A stretch of DNA of 43,255 bases from assembly GCA_032718475.1 (NCBI GenBank), contig JAUCBJ010000583.1, positions 1 through 43,255 of the forward strand. Direction: 5' to 3'. Both the position numbers and the translations under genes were made by a program. Under the pieces are notes generated by a model. That model saw only the letters and a program-made list of their open reading frames with translations, had not been told where the DNA came from and did no database searches. This DNA comes from Nemertoderma westbladi (Eukaryota > Animalia > Xenacoelomorpha). Positions 10,281-22,258 of this stretch are shown here, one piece after another. The stretch's first letter is position 1; each line of letters begins with the position of its first letter.

Positions 10281-11236
10281 TGTCAATTATTTTTATAATA
10301 ATTAAATTTCTGAATATTTAGGGTTACTTGGTTACTTTAACTTACTTTGTTACCGTTATTTAAGCAGGAGTCCAACTGATTTTGAGACCTAGTTGTTGTA
10401 TGGTAGGCCTACTATTTATAAATCGTTTGAGTTGATTTATAATAGATATATATATACCCGTTTAAAAAGGGTTTTGTCAATATTTGAAATAAATGTTATT
10501 ATTTCTGGGGGTCACTACACAGAAGCTGTGCGCTCTCAGTGAAGTGCTATTTATTTGACACTAAAACAGATAATTCTAATTTACCTAAGTTACTTAATAC
10601 TACAAATTACGTACGATACGGGTGAGATTAAATCTCTAATTAAACACAACAAAATATTACGTACGAATTTTTAGGGTAATTTTACAGGAATTCTACAAAC
10701 CAGTCTAACAAAGGGTTAGATTTCTGGTTATTACAACGGACAGGGTACTACGGTATTTGAAAATAATAAGTAGTAGCAGATACACTGCGTTGTCCAGATA
10801 GGAAAATACCACCGCCTGACGACCTATAACCGTATCGCTATAGGTACTACGTTATGTATCACGGAGTGTTCCTACCTAGAAGTTAATTACCGCGGACTAC
10901 CAGATCCAGCGTGCCTATTAACTACTTTACAACACAAATATACTGCCTACACACTAATTACTTCGGAAAGCACTGTACACTAAACCCTAAATTAGGTACA
11001 AGTACTGGTACAACAAATAATCAGTAGTTAAATATACTTGAACAGTTAAAAGAACCACGGCATCTGCTGGAGTGACCGGTGCACAAAATCACCAGTCTTG
11101 TCCTACGCCAAGCAGCCCGTGTAGTACCGGGGTTAATTTAACTATAACGGTATGTATAACAAACACAATTACTGTAGGAATAAACTTGGGGACATGAATG
11201 TTGCGAATAATCGCATAAACTCTGAATAATAAATAT

Positions 11237-11810
11237 TACGCTACCCGTACAGAATACTCAAACAAAATACAAACCAAACGCTGGCAGACTACCACCAAGC
11301 CTAAATAAACTACTGTATGTGCAGATTCCAAAACGGTTAGTTAGTATGCATTCTAACACGGTAGTACGACTTATTCTTTAAGAGGGGATTGACCTTACAG
11401 TTATGACTGCCCCAACTTACTAACTGGCACTTTATCAGACAAACTCTACACAAGCAGCAATCTCTTCAGACCTAATAATAGCTAGACAACAATCCAGCCT
11501 ACAAAATATCTGAGTAATAACTATTACGGTATCTGAACAGACTACACAAACAAACACAAGCCAAAACGCTGGCAGAATACTGTCAAGCCTAAATAAACTA
11601 CAGTATGTGCAGATTCCAAAATTGTTAGTTAGTATGCGTTCTAACACGGTAGTACGACTTATTCTTTAAGAGGGGATTGACCTTACAGCAATGGCTGCCC
11701 CAACTTACTAACTGGCACTCTATCGGACAAACTCCACACACGCCGTAATCTCTCCAAACCCAACAACAATCTGACAACAGTCCGGCCTACAATTATCTGA
11801 ACAATCTGAG
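11237..11810. repeat. ~288-bp tandem duplication in the BEL 5' leader
   Basis: Near-identical blocks offset by 288 nt, e.g. CTAAATAAACTAC(T/A)GTATGTGCAGATTCCAAAA...GTAGTACGACTTATTCTTTAAGAGGGGATTGACCTTACAG at ~11301 and ~11589. Confidence 0.9.
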
Positions 11811-11971
11811 CAGACTTACACGTCTTCAGCTCAATATTAACTTACATGTGAATAAAACTGACAGAAATAAGTAAGCTCCAAAAGAAACAAGGGGTGTACA
11901 GTCCCTAATCTCTTAAACAGCCTACCGGTATGCAATAATCAAAATCGAATAATACTAATGTACTTATACTG

Positions 11972-12101
11972 GAAGTACCGGTTAGGACAGTTGGGCCTAC
12001 GGACCTACAGAAGTACCGGTTCTGGCAGTTGGACCTACGGACCTACAGCAGTACCGGTTCTGGCAGTTGGGCCTACTGACCTACAGAAGTACCGGTTCAG
12101 G
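11972..12101. repeat. 38-bp minisatellite, ~3.4 copies
   Basis: Unit GAAGTACCGGTTCTGGCAGTTGGRCCTACGGACCTACA starting at 11972, 12010, 12048 and 12086. Confidence 0.9.
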
Positions 12102-13426
12102 TTTACCGGTTGATCGGTACTTTCAACTTTATTGCTTACTGCAATAAAGTCAATGACTGTTATTGTACGCGCTTTTGAAGACCTTTAGCAGTTTAACCTG
12201 CCAAAATTTATATGTCTTTTTGTTTATAAATATACTTTAGAAGAAGACAAATATTTTATACCAATAAACACAACATTAGCAGAAGCCAGCCTAGTGCGCG
12301 TCCATTCACCCGCTGGATAATCCTGGGAGACTGGATTCTGTCGGCTTAAATTATTATTGCAGTGAAGCTTACTGTATTGTATTATTCGATTGATCGTTAA
12401 TAATTAATTTCTGACTAATATTATTTACTTTCGGGAAATATTAACAGTTCCTTTAGGACGTGGCGCTCTATCTAAGTAAACAGAGATATGACTTATACTA
12501 ATCACAACGGTAAGTCGGTAAGGCTTAAGATTCACGTATGAGGCGCATTCTTTAGGAAATGCTTAGTTATCAATCACAATCATGCACACTACCGGTAACA
12601 CACAATACTGCTCACTAATTTGCCGACCGTCAATGAATTTTATCATATATAAAGAGAATAGCAACGGACCAATGTAGTGCTTATCAAATAGCATTAAATT
12701 CACTACAAACCACAACAATATAAGTCGCAATCGCTATATATAACCCGTCTCTCTAACCTGTAGTGTATCAAGAAAATTGGGAAATTTGGGTTCTTTATAT
12801 ATGTTCTCCAAATAATGTTCCACCAAACAATAGTAAACAGCAGTATAATAATGTATATTGAACCGATAATACAAGAATAGAAACAAGTTGATATAAATTG
12901 ATATATGATGTGTTATGATATAGACTGTATTGCATTGAATTGAGTTGATAACAGTCATACGCTCTATAATTTTAGCCTACTAATGTTTCTTCTAAAAGTA
13001 TGAAACGAATTGACTCTAGAGCCGTTGTTCCTGGCCTAGACAGCAATAACAACAAAGTATCAAGAAAAAACAGTAAGACTGAACACACTCCTTATGATCG
13101 ACCGAAAAGCTACACGTCGACAGGAAAAATCGCTCTGATTGGTTCAAGCCAAACAAAGAACCATGCGTTCAATGGCTGTTTCCATGTCAGCAACCAGCTG
13201 TTAGATGTCGTAATATGAATCATCACGGCTAAGCTATGAAAGGTATTTGTCGCATTACAGGTTTTTTGTCTTACCATGTCCGCTAAAACACGTATATAGC
13301 AGAATGACTTTTATGTCCGTTAAAACACCTGTAACGGTACCTTGAGGGCGAGGGGAATATTTATACAGTTAGAGAACCTTTTTAGAGTATTCCAGCGCCT
13401 GGGGGGGAAACTGGATTGCGAAGTAA

Positions 13427-13744
13427 AAGGGCCAGTTATATCCCACAGAAGCTTTTACAGAAGGTGAGGAAGAGGATGAAGAAAGTGAAGGTGAGGAAGA
13501 GGGTGAAGAAAGTGAAGAACAGGATGAGGATGAAGAAAGTGAAGAAAATAAAGAGGTGACATTGACCCAAGTTCTAAGAAGTAAAATTAAATTACAGAAA
13601 TTTATTAAACATTTAGAAGAGCATGATGAAAATAAGGAAGAGTTATTGAGGCAAATATTAGTAAACAAAAATCAAATGCGGAAATTTATTAAACAAATGG
13701 AAGAAAATGAAGAAAATAGAGAAGAGATATTAATACAAAGTTAA
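13427..13744 (+). pseudogene. Degenerate acidic/coiled-coil coding fragment (EGEEEDEESEGEEE...; two internal K(F)IK.(L/M)EE..EN.EE repeats), probably TE-derived
   Basis: Open frame 13427-13744 with GAA-rich codons, in-frame stops upstream and no ATG near its 5' end. Confidence 0.3.
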
Positions 13745-13980
13745 CTCCCAAGGTTGCATACTATCACTATAGCTGGAAGAGTCAAAGCTAGTGTACACTA
13801 GATAGAGTCAGCCAAGACCAAGAAAAAAGAATAATGCTCTTCTAGGGTTCAAACTCACGACCTTCTAATTAGAAAACTAAGCAAATGATAAGCTTGAAGG
13901 CCTTAGACCCTTAATCTGAGCCTCAGTGCCTCAGATACTATCACGAGGCTTTAGGAGTGCCTCAGGTCATAAATCCGAGT

Positions 13981-14300
13981 CATTAGCGGCAGACTGGAGA
14001 ACTGCGGGTCGATCAACCTCCTCGGTAAAGTATAGCCTATGCCATAGTAGATGTCTACCAAGTTTCAGCCTAATTGGTTTAAAAACAATAAAATAAGATC
14101 AGGTTTTCACTTTGATACATTTCACCCTCTAGCGGCAGACTGTTGAACTTCAGACTACTCTGCGACTCCGTAAAAGATATAGCCTATGCCGTAGTAGATG
14201 CCTACCGAGTTTAAACCTAATCGGAATGAAAATAACAAAGTTAGAGAAGATGTTAATTTTCAGATAATACGCCCTCTAGCGGCAGACTATAGAAATGCAG
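13981..14300. repeat. ~146-bp tandem repeat (2+ units) resembling Helitron/Helentron-associated repeats, with a CTCF-like motif in each unit
   Basis: TAGCGGCAGACT at 13984, 14130 and 14277. TATAGCCTATGCC.TAGTAGATG.CTACC.AGTTT....CCTAAT repeated twice. Confidence 0.7.
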
Positions 14301-14597
14301 CCGGCTGGATATACATAGGTAAGAGTAATTAGTAATCAGAGGTGTCACGAGAGGGGACAGGGTGCTTGGATACAACTCATATTAAAAACCTGCTGCTTGT
14401 GTAAAGCTAATTGGGGGTCAAAGGTCAATGATAACGCTGTCTGGATATAGATAAGAGTAATTAGTTACCAGTAAGGGCTAAGTATAACGAGATGAAAGTC
14501 AATAAAATTAAATACAAATACATATAATTAATTAAAATTAAATACAAATAAATAAGTATTAATAAATAAAAGAGCCGCGGTGTCACTTATGACACCC

Positions 14598-14887
14598 TTT
14601 GCACGGCTCGGTGACACTTGGACAATACTCATGAGTCATGACCCATTGTGTGTCAGGGCGCTAATCGGCCTGATTAATTAGGATAATCAATTAAACCCTA
14701 ATTAGGAGTCGTAAGACACCTATTAGGGATTAAATGTACTAATTAGTTGATGACACCAGTCAATTAGGATCTAATTAGCCTAATTAGGAAGTGTCACCCA
14801 GACAGACTGGCGCCAATGACATCCTATGGGTGCTATGACTCATCGATGAGTCATGAGTTGGGTCCAAGTGTCATCGAGCCGTGCAAA
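14598..14887. mobile_element. MITE / foldback element (~290 bp)
   Basis: TIR TTTGCACGGCTCGGTGACACTTGGAC ... GTCCAAGTGTCATCGAGCCGTGCAAA (1 mismatch in 26). Internal CTAATTAG palindromes. No clear TSD. Confidence 0.8.
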
Positions 14888-16464
14888 CTATTACTACAAC
14901 TATTCAATATATATGTATGTATGTATGTATGTATATATGTATATCAGGTGAACCTATCCGAAGCTATAGCGCATCCGTCAATGAAAGTTATATCAATCGA
15001 CGCTGCTCAACTCCAGGATGTGGAAAAAAGGTTTCTAAAAAATTATTAAAGTGTCTATTTTTATTTCGAAAAATAGCCACAAAACACGAAAATTGCCATA
15101 GACTCAATGATAGTAACCAGCTTCTGGTGCTCATGGTGGCCTAGTAAGCTACTATTGATTGAATGGATAGGCCCAAAGGGCAGAGAAGTATATTACTTGC
15201 CAAGTTTATTACTACCTCACTCTAACCCAGACAGTGAGAAAAAAACAACTGTAAGTTTGTTACGTATTATTCCGCCAGCTGAATTGCTCTTCCCAGTGAA
15301 TCCTATGGGAATATCTATATGTTACACGCTGCTATTTTTGGAGGGAGACCAGCTGATTGAATTAGCATTAATTAGATGATTGAATCAGCTGATTAAACTG
15401 GGCCGTTCAAATGTTATATAGTTAATAATTATGACATGTAGGGGCTGCTATTACTTTTTTCAGACTGTAAGCTGGGACGCAACTACACCACGTTTGTCTA
15501 TGGACGGCCTTCTTATAGCCAGCTTGTTGGCTTTCTTGTTATGTCAACTTATAAACACTCCATTATATTATTATATAGTTAGGAATATTGATAAATTAAT
15601 ATCCAATTACGCAATTAATTTGCATTTACTAAATCAAATGTGCAGACAATTTCAAACATAGCATACAATGGGAATGATTTGCACTAGAACAATTGAGAGT
15701 AATTGATTACATCGCGACGTTACTAGAATATAACCTGTGCGTTAAAAATGTGACATAATGAAACAATACTGATTTTCCTTAAATATCTAACTCACATCGG
15801 CAAAGCGAGTGGCCCTTGTCTCTGTAACCTGTTCGTTTACCTATATAATTACATATTATTTACAATTTAAAATTAGAAATACACCGCTTCACACTTTGTA
15901 GGGCATTGTTTATTTACATGCCTTCCGCTACCATACATGGAAGATGGAACCTTACCATTTTGCACGTAATGGAGTATTTGAATTTGAATGGATATCACAC
16001 TCGGAATTGTTATAAGTTGCTTTTTTTAAATAAAAACAAATATTTTCCATAATTACAACCAGATAAATACAAACCTGAAAAATTTGTAAATATTTGAAAA
16101 ATATATTTTACGTTTGCTTTCAAATTCACAATAGCATTGCAAGCAATAGAAAGTCGTTCGATATTTTCGGACAATATTACAACTCAGCACACCTCATTTA
16201 CCATCGCGATTGCTTATGTGTATAAATACCCTGCTGATTACTAGCATGATACTGTGTTGTAAGAAAGGAGAGCCTGTTAGCACTCCCCTGGGTAAGGACG
16301 GATTGGGTCTAGCGACCACCCCCTTGCGTTCAACACGCATCAGGCATAAAAGGCCACTTACTTTGTGGCATTGCATATTTTTTACAGCATCTTTTGTTAG
16401 CGGTAATTGCGGTTTCTGTTCTGGCCAATGAATGGATAAATTATGGTTAACGTATTTAAGTAAT

Positions 16465-16800
16465 CTGCCTCCGCTTTGCAGGATATTGCTTTCGTCGTGC
16501 TCGAGTGGAAACCAGCATGGACTGGACAGCCCTTGACTTTCTTGAGACCCACCCCTCCCCACTCTATCTTAAGGAGACTGCATTTGAAGATGTAGATAGT
16601 CTCGCGAAAGTCATTGTGGGAAAGGGAGTGGAGGCGGTATAATTTTGTCGACAAGCCGGCTTAGCATGCTTAATGCAAACTGTATGTATTGCAGTTTGCC
16701 GATTGTGGTCTGTATGGTGGCAGCATAAATTGATTGTTAAGCCGACATGGTATGTGCAGCTGCAATGCAGCAGTCTGATTGTGTAGTAGTAACGATGTAG
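16465..16800 (+). mobile_element. 3' fragment of an RTE-like non-LTR retrotransposon
   Basis: Translates CLRFAGYCFRR and, after a frameshift, GQPLTFL. This matches RLRFAGHCFRR...GQPMT of the 28886-29455 ORF. Confidence 0.7.
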
Positions 16801-17296
16801 GTTCTTACCTTGCCACATGACTTGGTCTACCTGACCATGGTACAATGTCAACAGACCCAGAACAACATAATATGATAATCTAATGTACAGACATACTGAC
16901 TAATGGAGAGATGACTAACCAGAACAACATGACCGCCCCAAACCACTCAGTCAACGTGCGCTCCAAAGTTAGTTATAGACTCGTTACGGAATAGTTCCAT
17001 ACAGAAAACTAATCTCTACGCCAATACTTGCAAAACAACCTTTATTTATTCCATATCAATAAAACCTCTTTCTGCTTCATAATATTTAAGTTACACCTTT
17101 ATATGTTAATAATAGGAACTAAATCCGACCCGGCGTTATTCACCTCCTAACACTACCGGACCGGTATAAATCGTTACTCCCAGCACAAAATATATAGCCA
17201 ACTAAAACCTCTCGTAATTAGACTAGTCGCCTAACAGTTCGCGTGATAGACGCAGACAGTCTCAACCAGATAGCAGCAGCCTACCGGTATCCCGGA

Positions 17297-19149
17297 TTAC
17301 TTAAACACCCTCCCGACATTGTATCTCTCGCTCTCGGGGAATTCGAACCGGAAGTAGCTGTCAACCAGCTGTTTAGTAGATTCCGCTTCCGGTTCCAACT
17401 TGGTCCACTTATAGGAAGAGAAATCGGTCTGCCAGTTGTCGTCTTTCTCAAAAATCAGATCCTAAAATAAGAAAATATAAAAATTATAGAGCAGCAAAGG
17501 TTAAGTAAGTCGGTATAACTTATTCGCCTATAAATCCATAATAAAGTACACTCGTACCGTTATAACAAACCAACCTGGCCCTTCCAGAACCAAACTCCCT
17601 TGATGGTGTTATCCAGGTCCTCACCGAACACACACATCGTCCCGAACCCGTGTTTAACCATCTTCTCTATCCGTTGGAACATCCCGCCGATTAGATTGCT
17701 CGTCATAAACACCATGTTCTCCTTGAGATCCTCGGGGAAGGAATATTCGCAATACCAGATGCTGAAGTTATTCTGCCAAGGTATAATGAGTTATTAATTA
17801 ATATATATTATTAATTAATTATACAGGCTTATTAGTTATTATAACATATTAATTTTTCAATGTAAGGATATGAAATAAATTTGAAGTAATATATTTTCAG
17901 TACAATAAACATATTTACTTTCTCTTTATTGAAGTTTTCCCAGAAGTGGGGAATGGCGATGGTTTGAATGTCCTCGTTGCTGTAGCAACGCTTGAAAGCG
18001 TCCAAATCGAACTCGGATTGGAAGTCCCCGAACGCGTCGGGTTTCTTCGGTTTCGGTGGCGGTACGTCCTCATCGCTACCCGCTGTCTCCTTCTTAACTT
18101 CCTGTAACAAAAACGATCGCGGATTATATAATAATAGTAAAATCAAAAGTTTTTATAAATATATATTTAAAAGACAACAGATAACAAACTACATCGTATG
18201 CCAGATTGACAGTTAAAGTTCGAAATCCCAGAATAAGTAATACAGGTTCATAACATAATGTTTACATTTCTATTAAATTTTCTTGGTTCTACTTTATATA
18301 CCGGTATATAAGGAATAGTTTTGACCAATTCTGCGAATTTTAACACAGAAAATAGATTGAATGATAAATAAATGAAACACAAACTTTAAACAGATATCTA
18401 ACCTTCTTTGGTGTTTCCTTTTTCGGCTCCGACTTTTTCTCTGGTTTCGCAGCCTTCGGGTGCAACTCGGCGTACTTCTTGGCGTCGAACTGAGCCGATT
18501 TTGTGCAGAAAACGAAGTTACCGACAACCTCCTTCACCTGGGGCTGATTAACGAAGGTGCTGAACCACCGGTTCACGTTCTCGTATGGCTGACTCAGTGT
18601 GGGGTCCAACACCTGTTTGTACGCGAGCAGCAGCGTGCAGCCCGCGGAAATATCAGCCAGAGTTAGTCGCTCGCCTACAAGGTAAGTCCGCGTACTCAAG
18701 TGATCGTTAAGTACGGCGAGAGATTTCTTAAGCTTCTCCTTCGCTTGTTCGATCTCCGCTTTGTTGTTTGGCATTAAACCTAAAGTTGGGAAAACCCACG
18801 TTACTACGGAGGGCTGCAACTCGTTGTCTGAGAAACTTATCCATTGCTGGACGAGGGCCTGACTCAGTTCATCGGCCCCCCGAAGCTGCTGATTGGCTAA
18901 ATAATAGGCGATCGCGTTGCTTTCGAAGATTCCGTCCCCGGAATTCGTTACCAACGCGGGAACCTTTCCCAGCGGGAACTTCGCTAGGAATTCCTCGGTG
19001 GTGTTGGTTGTCCCGAGTTTGAACCCGGGGGCCAATTCGAGCCCCGCCCCACTGTATTTGGCGGCTATAATACCCTTGTAGGCCCGGTGACTATCCGGGT
19101 AAGTGTAGAGCACGTTACTATGACAACCCTCAAACATATCGTTCGACAT
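17297..19149 (-). CDS. EEF1G: Translation elongation factor 1-gamma (eEF1Bgamma); exons ~19149-18403, 18101-17919, 17772-17575, 17461-17297
   Basis: GST-like N-domain (LYTYPDSHRAYK...FPLGKVPAL...FESNAIAYY...VNRWF), K/E-rich linker and C-terminal domain (FDLDAFKRCYSNED...FWENF...SIWYCEY...FMTSNLIGGMFQR...GVWFWKGQ...W..D..SYKWTKL...GRVFK*). Three GT-AG phase-0 introns keep the frame. AATAAA on the minus strand at 17041-17046. Start codon uncertain. Confidence 0.95.
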
Positions 19150-20414
19150 ATTAACAGACAAAGGGTAACTGAGGTTCGATAACTGAGAAGCTACCTAGAT
19201 ATCAGATTTTGTACTGTTGGTTGGTTATGGCTGTATGCAGCAAGGCAGGTGCCATAGGCCTATGCTAAACTGCTACTCTTCCCAGCTTCCACCTACTCAA
19301 ACCTAGTGAGATTGACATTGACTGAACTAGACCTTTAGACCTGTAGACAGCTAGATTCAGATTTAGTACTGTGTGCTTGTGGGTGTAACTATACTTCATA
19401 CTTGTACTCTGTACTACAGTCAGACAGTACTAGGCAGCTAGGGTTGTAGGGCTATATAATCCTATACAGCTATACCTGTATACGCAGATATGCTACTAAA
19501 AGTCTGAAAGTCGTGTACCTGTCAGCCTGTACGGTCTGACGGTATGTTAAGCTCCCCTGTCCACAACCCAGCAAAACGCACTCCCGTTAGCCCGTTTCTC
19601 CAGCGAATGTCTGAGTCTGAATATATCAACACACCACCCAACACCCGAACTGATGCTCTGCATTTGCTGATTTGCCACTTCAGCACTTGACTGCATGCGT
19701 GCATGGCTATGAGCTAAGCTGCTAAGGGGCGGAGTCGATATCACGCCTCGCCTACCTCTGTACCTGCAGACCTGCCTACCCCAAATCCAATGTCTGAACG
19801 TCCTTTGCCTTACCGTAGCCTTTGCCCGCCTGCAGGTGGTACCGGTAGGTAGCTTAGGCCTACTTGATAAAACTTAACTGTAGCTTAACTGCTTAATGCT
19901 GTACCTGTAATGCAGCTGCCAGACAGTCAGAATCAACAAACCAGCAAACTGCTCTACTACGATTGTAAGAATAATAGGCCTACCGGAAACAGGAAACGCT
20001 CAGTCATAAATTGTACGGTAGGTACAGCTGACAGCAGTCAGGCAGTACAGCAGGACAGAGGTATGACTCCTGGCAGCCTGGACTCACAGACACGCGACAC
20101 AGTCTGACAGTGTAAAGTTACCTACCTGCCTACAGGACAGGCTACAGCCAGCACTGTTCTACCGGATGCCGGACAGCCGGAGGACCGACCGGTACAGTCA
20201 GTTCAGACAGTACAATTCTGCAATTACATTTACATACCCACTACCAGACTACTGCACTAGGAGTTTATGTGAGAAGGTGAACTGTCAACTGTCTGCTGAT
20301 AAGATAGGCCTAAACAGACTTTGCTTTAGCAGTTTAGAAGGCTACTGACAGACTGAACTAGCAGTTGTAGCGGTCGGTACAACGACACAGGTTTATAAGA
20401 ACGCTATGGAACGC

Positions 20415-20520
20415 TGTAGACGGAAGTGCATATTCGTCATCGACAAAAAGGTGAAGCTGGTTAGGGGTCCTTTGTGTGTACATTCTGAAATTGAAGGAAA
20501 TTATTGAAATATTGCGTCAC
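20415..20520 (-). promoter_or_regulatory. Candidate EEF1G promoter / TOP-type transcription start
   Basis: Minus-strand CTTCACCTTTTTG pyrimidine tract (20456-20444), ETS-like CGGAAGTG at 20421-20428 and CRE-like GCGTCAC at 20514-20520. eEF1B subunit mRNAs are typically TOP mRNAs. Inference only. Confidence 0.3.
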
Positions 20521-20699
20521 CATCACAATCTGCAATCAAGTACCTATCTGCGTTCGTTTAATGAATTTAAAAAGTATAATTAAACAATAATATCATAGTA
20601 CAGTACTAGGCCGAATTTATCAATCGGGTTTGGACAATGTTATGAAAAAGGGTAGTCAGTAGTAAAGTAGCATCCACCTGTACACTGTCAAATTCGGAG

Positions 20700-20940
20700 A
20701 GAGGGGGGATTTTCGACACAAATAACAGCTGATTACTACCAAAAAAACTGTAACCTGTTCTGACTTTTAGTTTATTGTTTTGGTTAGACAAACGTGCCAC
20801 TGTAACCTGGTCCTTTCCCAAATTTGAGAATTTAACATTGCGGGTAATTAATTCGCCGATATGGGATTTGTGTGTCAATAGAATTGGTTACATATTTATT
20901 TTTTTGCGAGTAATCTGTTATTTGTGTCGATTTTCCGGCA
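20700..20940 (-). repeat. Dispersed repeat family member with an internal inverted repeat; related copies at ~25095-25175, ~28372-28430 and ~35588-35790
   Basis: Shared core CAGG(T/C)T(A/C)(C/A)AG.GGC...TCTAACCAAAAC(A/C)AT. AAATCCCAT.TCGGCGAATTAAT is shared with 35611. Local IR TCGACACAAATAACAG/CTGTTATTTGTGTCGA. Confidence 0.75.
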
Positions 20941-22258
20941 CCCCCGCCCCCCATCCCTTTTGGATGATTTGATGGTGATTCGAAAATTTCTAACTAAAAT
21001 TGCCAAATTTTCACCCAACCTGTCGGAAATTATTACAAATGAACAAATTTTATCACCGATGTGTTCTGATAGTTAGTTGTACAGTAGCCAGTATTTCAAT
21101 CCTCAGGGTCATGATGATTGAAATCCTGATGAAAACCGTTTTACACGTTAGCTGCGGCTCTGAAACCACTGCTTGTTTGTAACTGCGGATTGAGCGCCGG
21201 TGCTCACCAATAAACTTTTGCTAATTATATTTTGGGGGAATGCCTTTGGGAACCGGAGCTCAAACTCACATCATTGTATTTATAAAACAATGGAGAACCC
21301 CCCTGGAAAAACAGCATCTCAATTGCTCCGCCCAGTCCAAACGTATTAGTTTGAATTGTACAGTATCTAAATGTTATTTTTTAGGTCCGCGTAGCGAGTC
21401 CTCTACTGTAGTATGCACTCCGTTGTTGTTCGAGTTAATTTCCAGTTGGGTTTTAGCTTAAGAGGGGGTATACTCCCCATTTTTTAGAAATGGCTGTTAC
21501 TTAGTGTTAAATGATAATATTGCTATTTTGTCAAGGCCAACCACTGAATAGAAGGCCAAAAAGCCTCTATAGGAAAATTTATAGCCTCCCCCTAGCGGCT
21601 GGATTTCACTAAAAATGCTACTAGTCCCTCAATCCTGGTCCCAAATTTCTTGAAACCAACTTTTTTTGTCTCAGCGTCATCGACTCTACAAAAGTTATTT
21701 TATACAATTTCTAATTAGCTTTTTTATTTTAATTAATTAATTAAATTAATTAATTATTCAAACTAATCATCACATTTTTAATTAAAGTTGCCTAATTACA
21801 CAAAATGGCAATATTTATCAAAATTCCATAAGATAACTTTTAAAGAGCTTCCATAAGCTCGTTCGCATGAGCCAAAAACGAAGAAAATTGGTTGAAAAAT
21901 GACGGAGGAGTAGTAATTTGAAAATGAAAAATGTGATTCCGAGAAAATGCCCATAAAAGTTTAAACCCTCCCGCCAAAATTGGCTGTCTGTAACTATAAT
22001 ATGGGCGGGTATTTAACAAGCAGGCAATGAACTAAATCTAATAATATCCAAACCATCAGCATTTTAAATATCCCTCCTTATTTATAGATGTGAAATTATT
22101 ATATTGAGCACCGGCACACAAACCCAAAAAAAATATACCCGGATACAGAAATCGCACTCTCCGTTTCGCATTCATAATAATAATAATAATGGAGGCCCTT
22201 TATTCTACTTAATAAATACAGAAAATTTTAGTGGGCAACAACGGTGCACCATGTCCTG

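Larger units (their letters stand above)
1..12673 (-). mobile_element. BEL/Pao retrotransposon internal region (boundaries uncertain; LTRs not identified in window)
   Basis: Gag-Pol ORF plus long 5' leader with tandem repeats. Weak PBS candidate on the minus strand, ...TACA-T-TGGTCCGTTG at 12673-12662 (tRNA-Tyr-like TGGTCC start). No repeat pair flanking the ORF found by eye. Confidence 0.5.

Noticed and set aside
13830-13915. tRNA-Arg-like sequence on the minus strand (TTCTAATT...GAGTTTGAACCC)
   Set aside because: Only a B-box-like 3' half is present, with no complete cloverleaf. At best a decayed SINE head.
14948-15030. AG/GT-bounded segment encoding RRCSTPGCGKK (RPA-like zinc-finger start)
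   Set aside because: Isolated, with no partner exons found, and too short to call.
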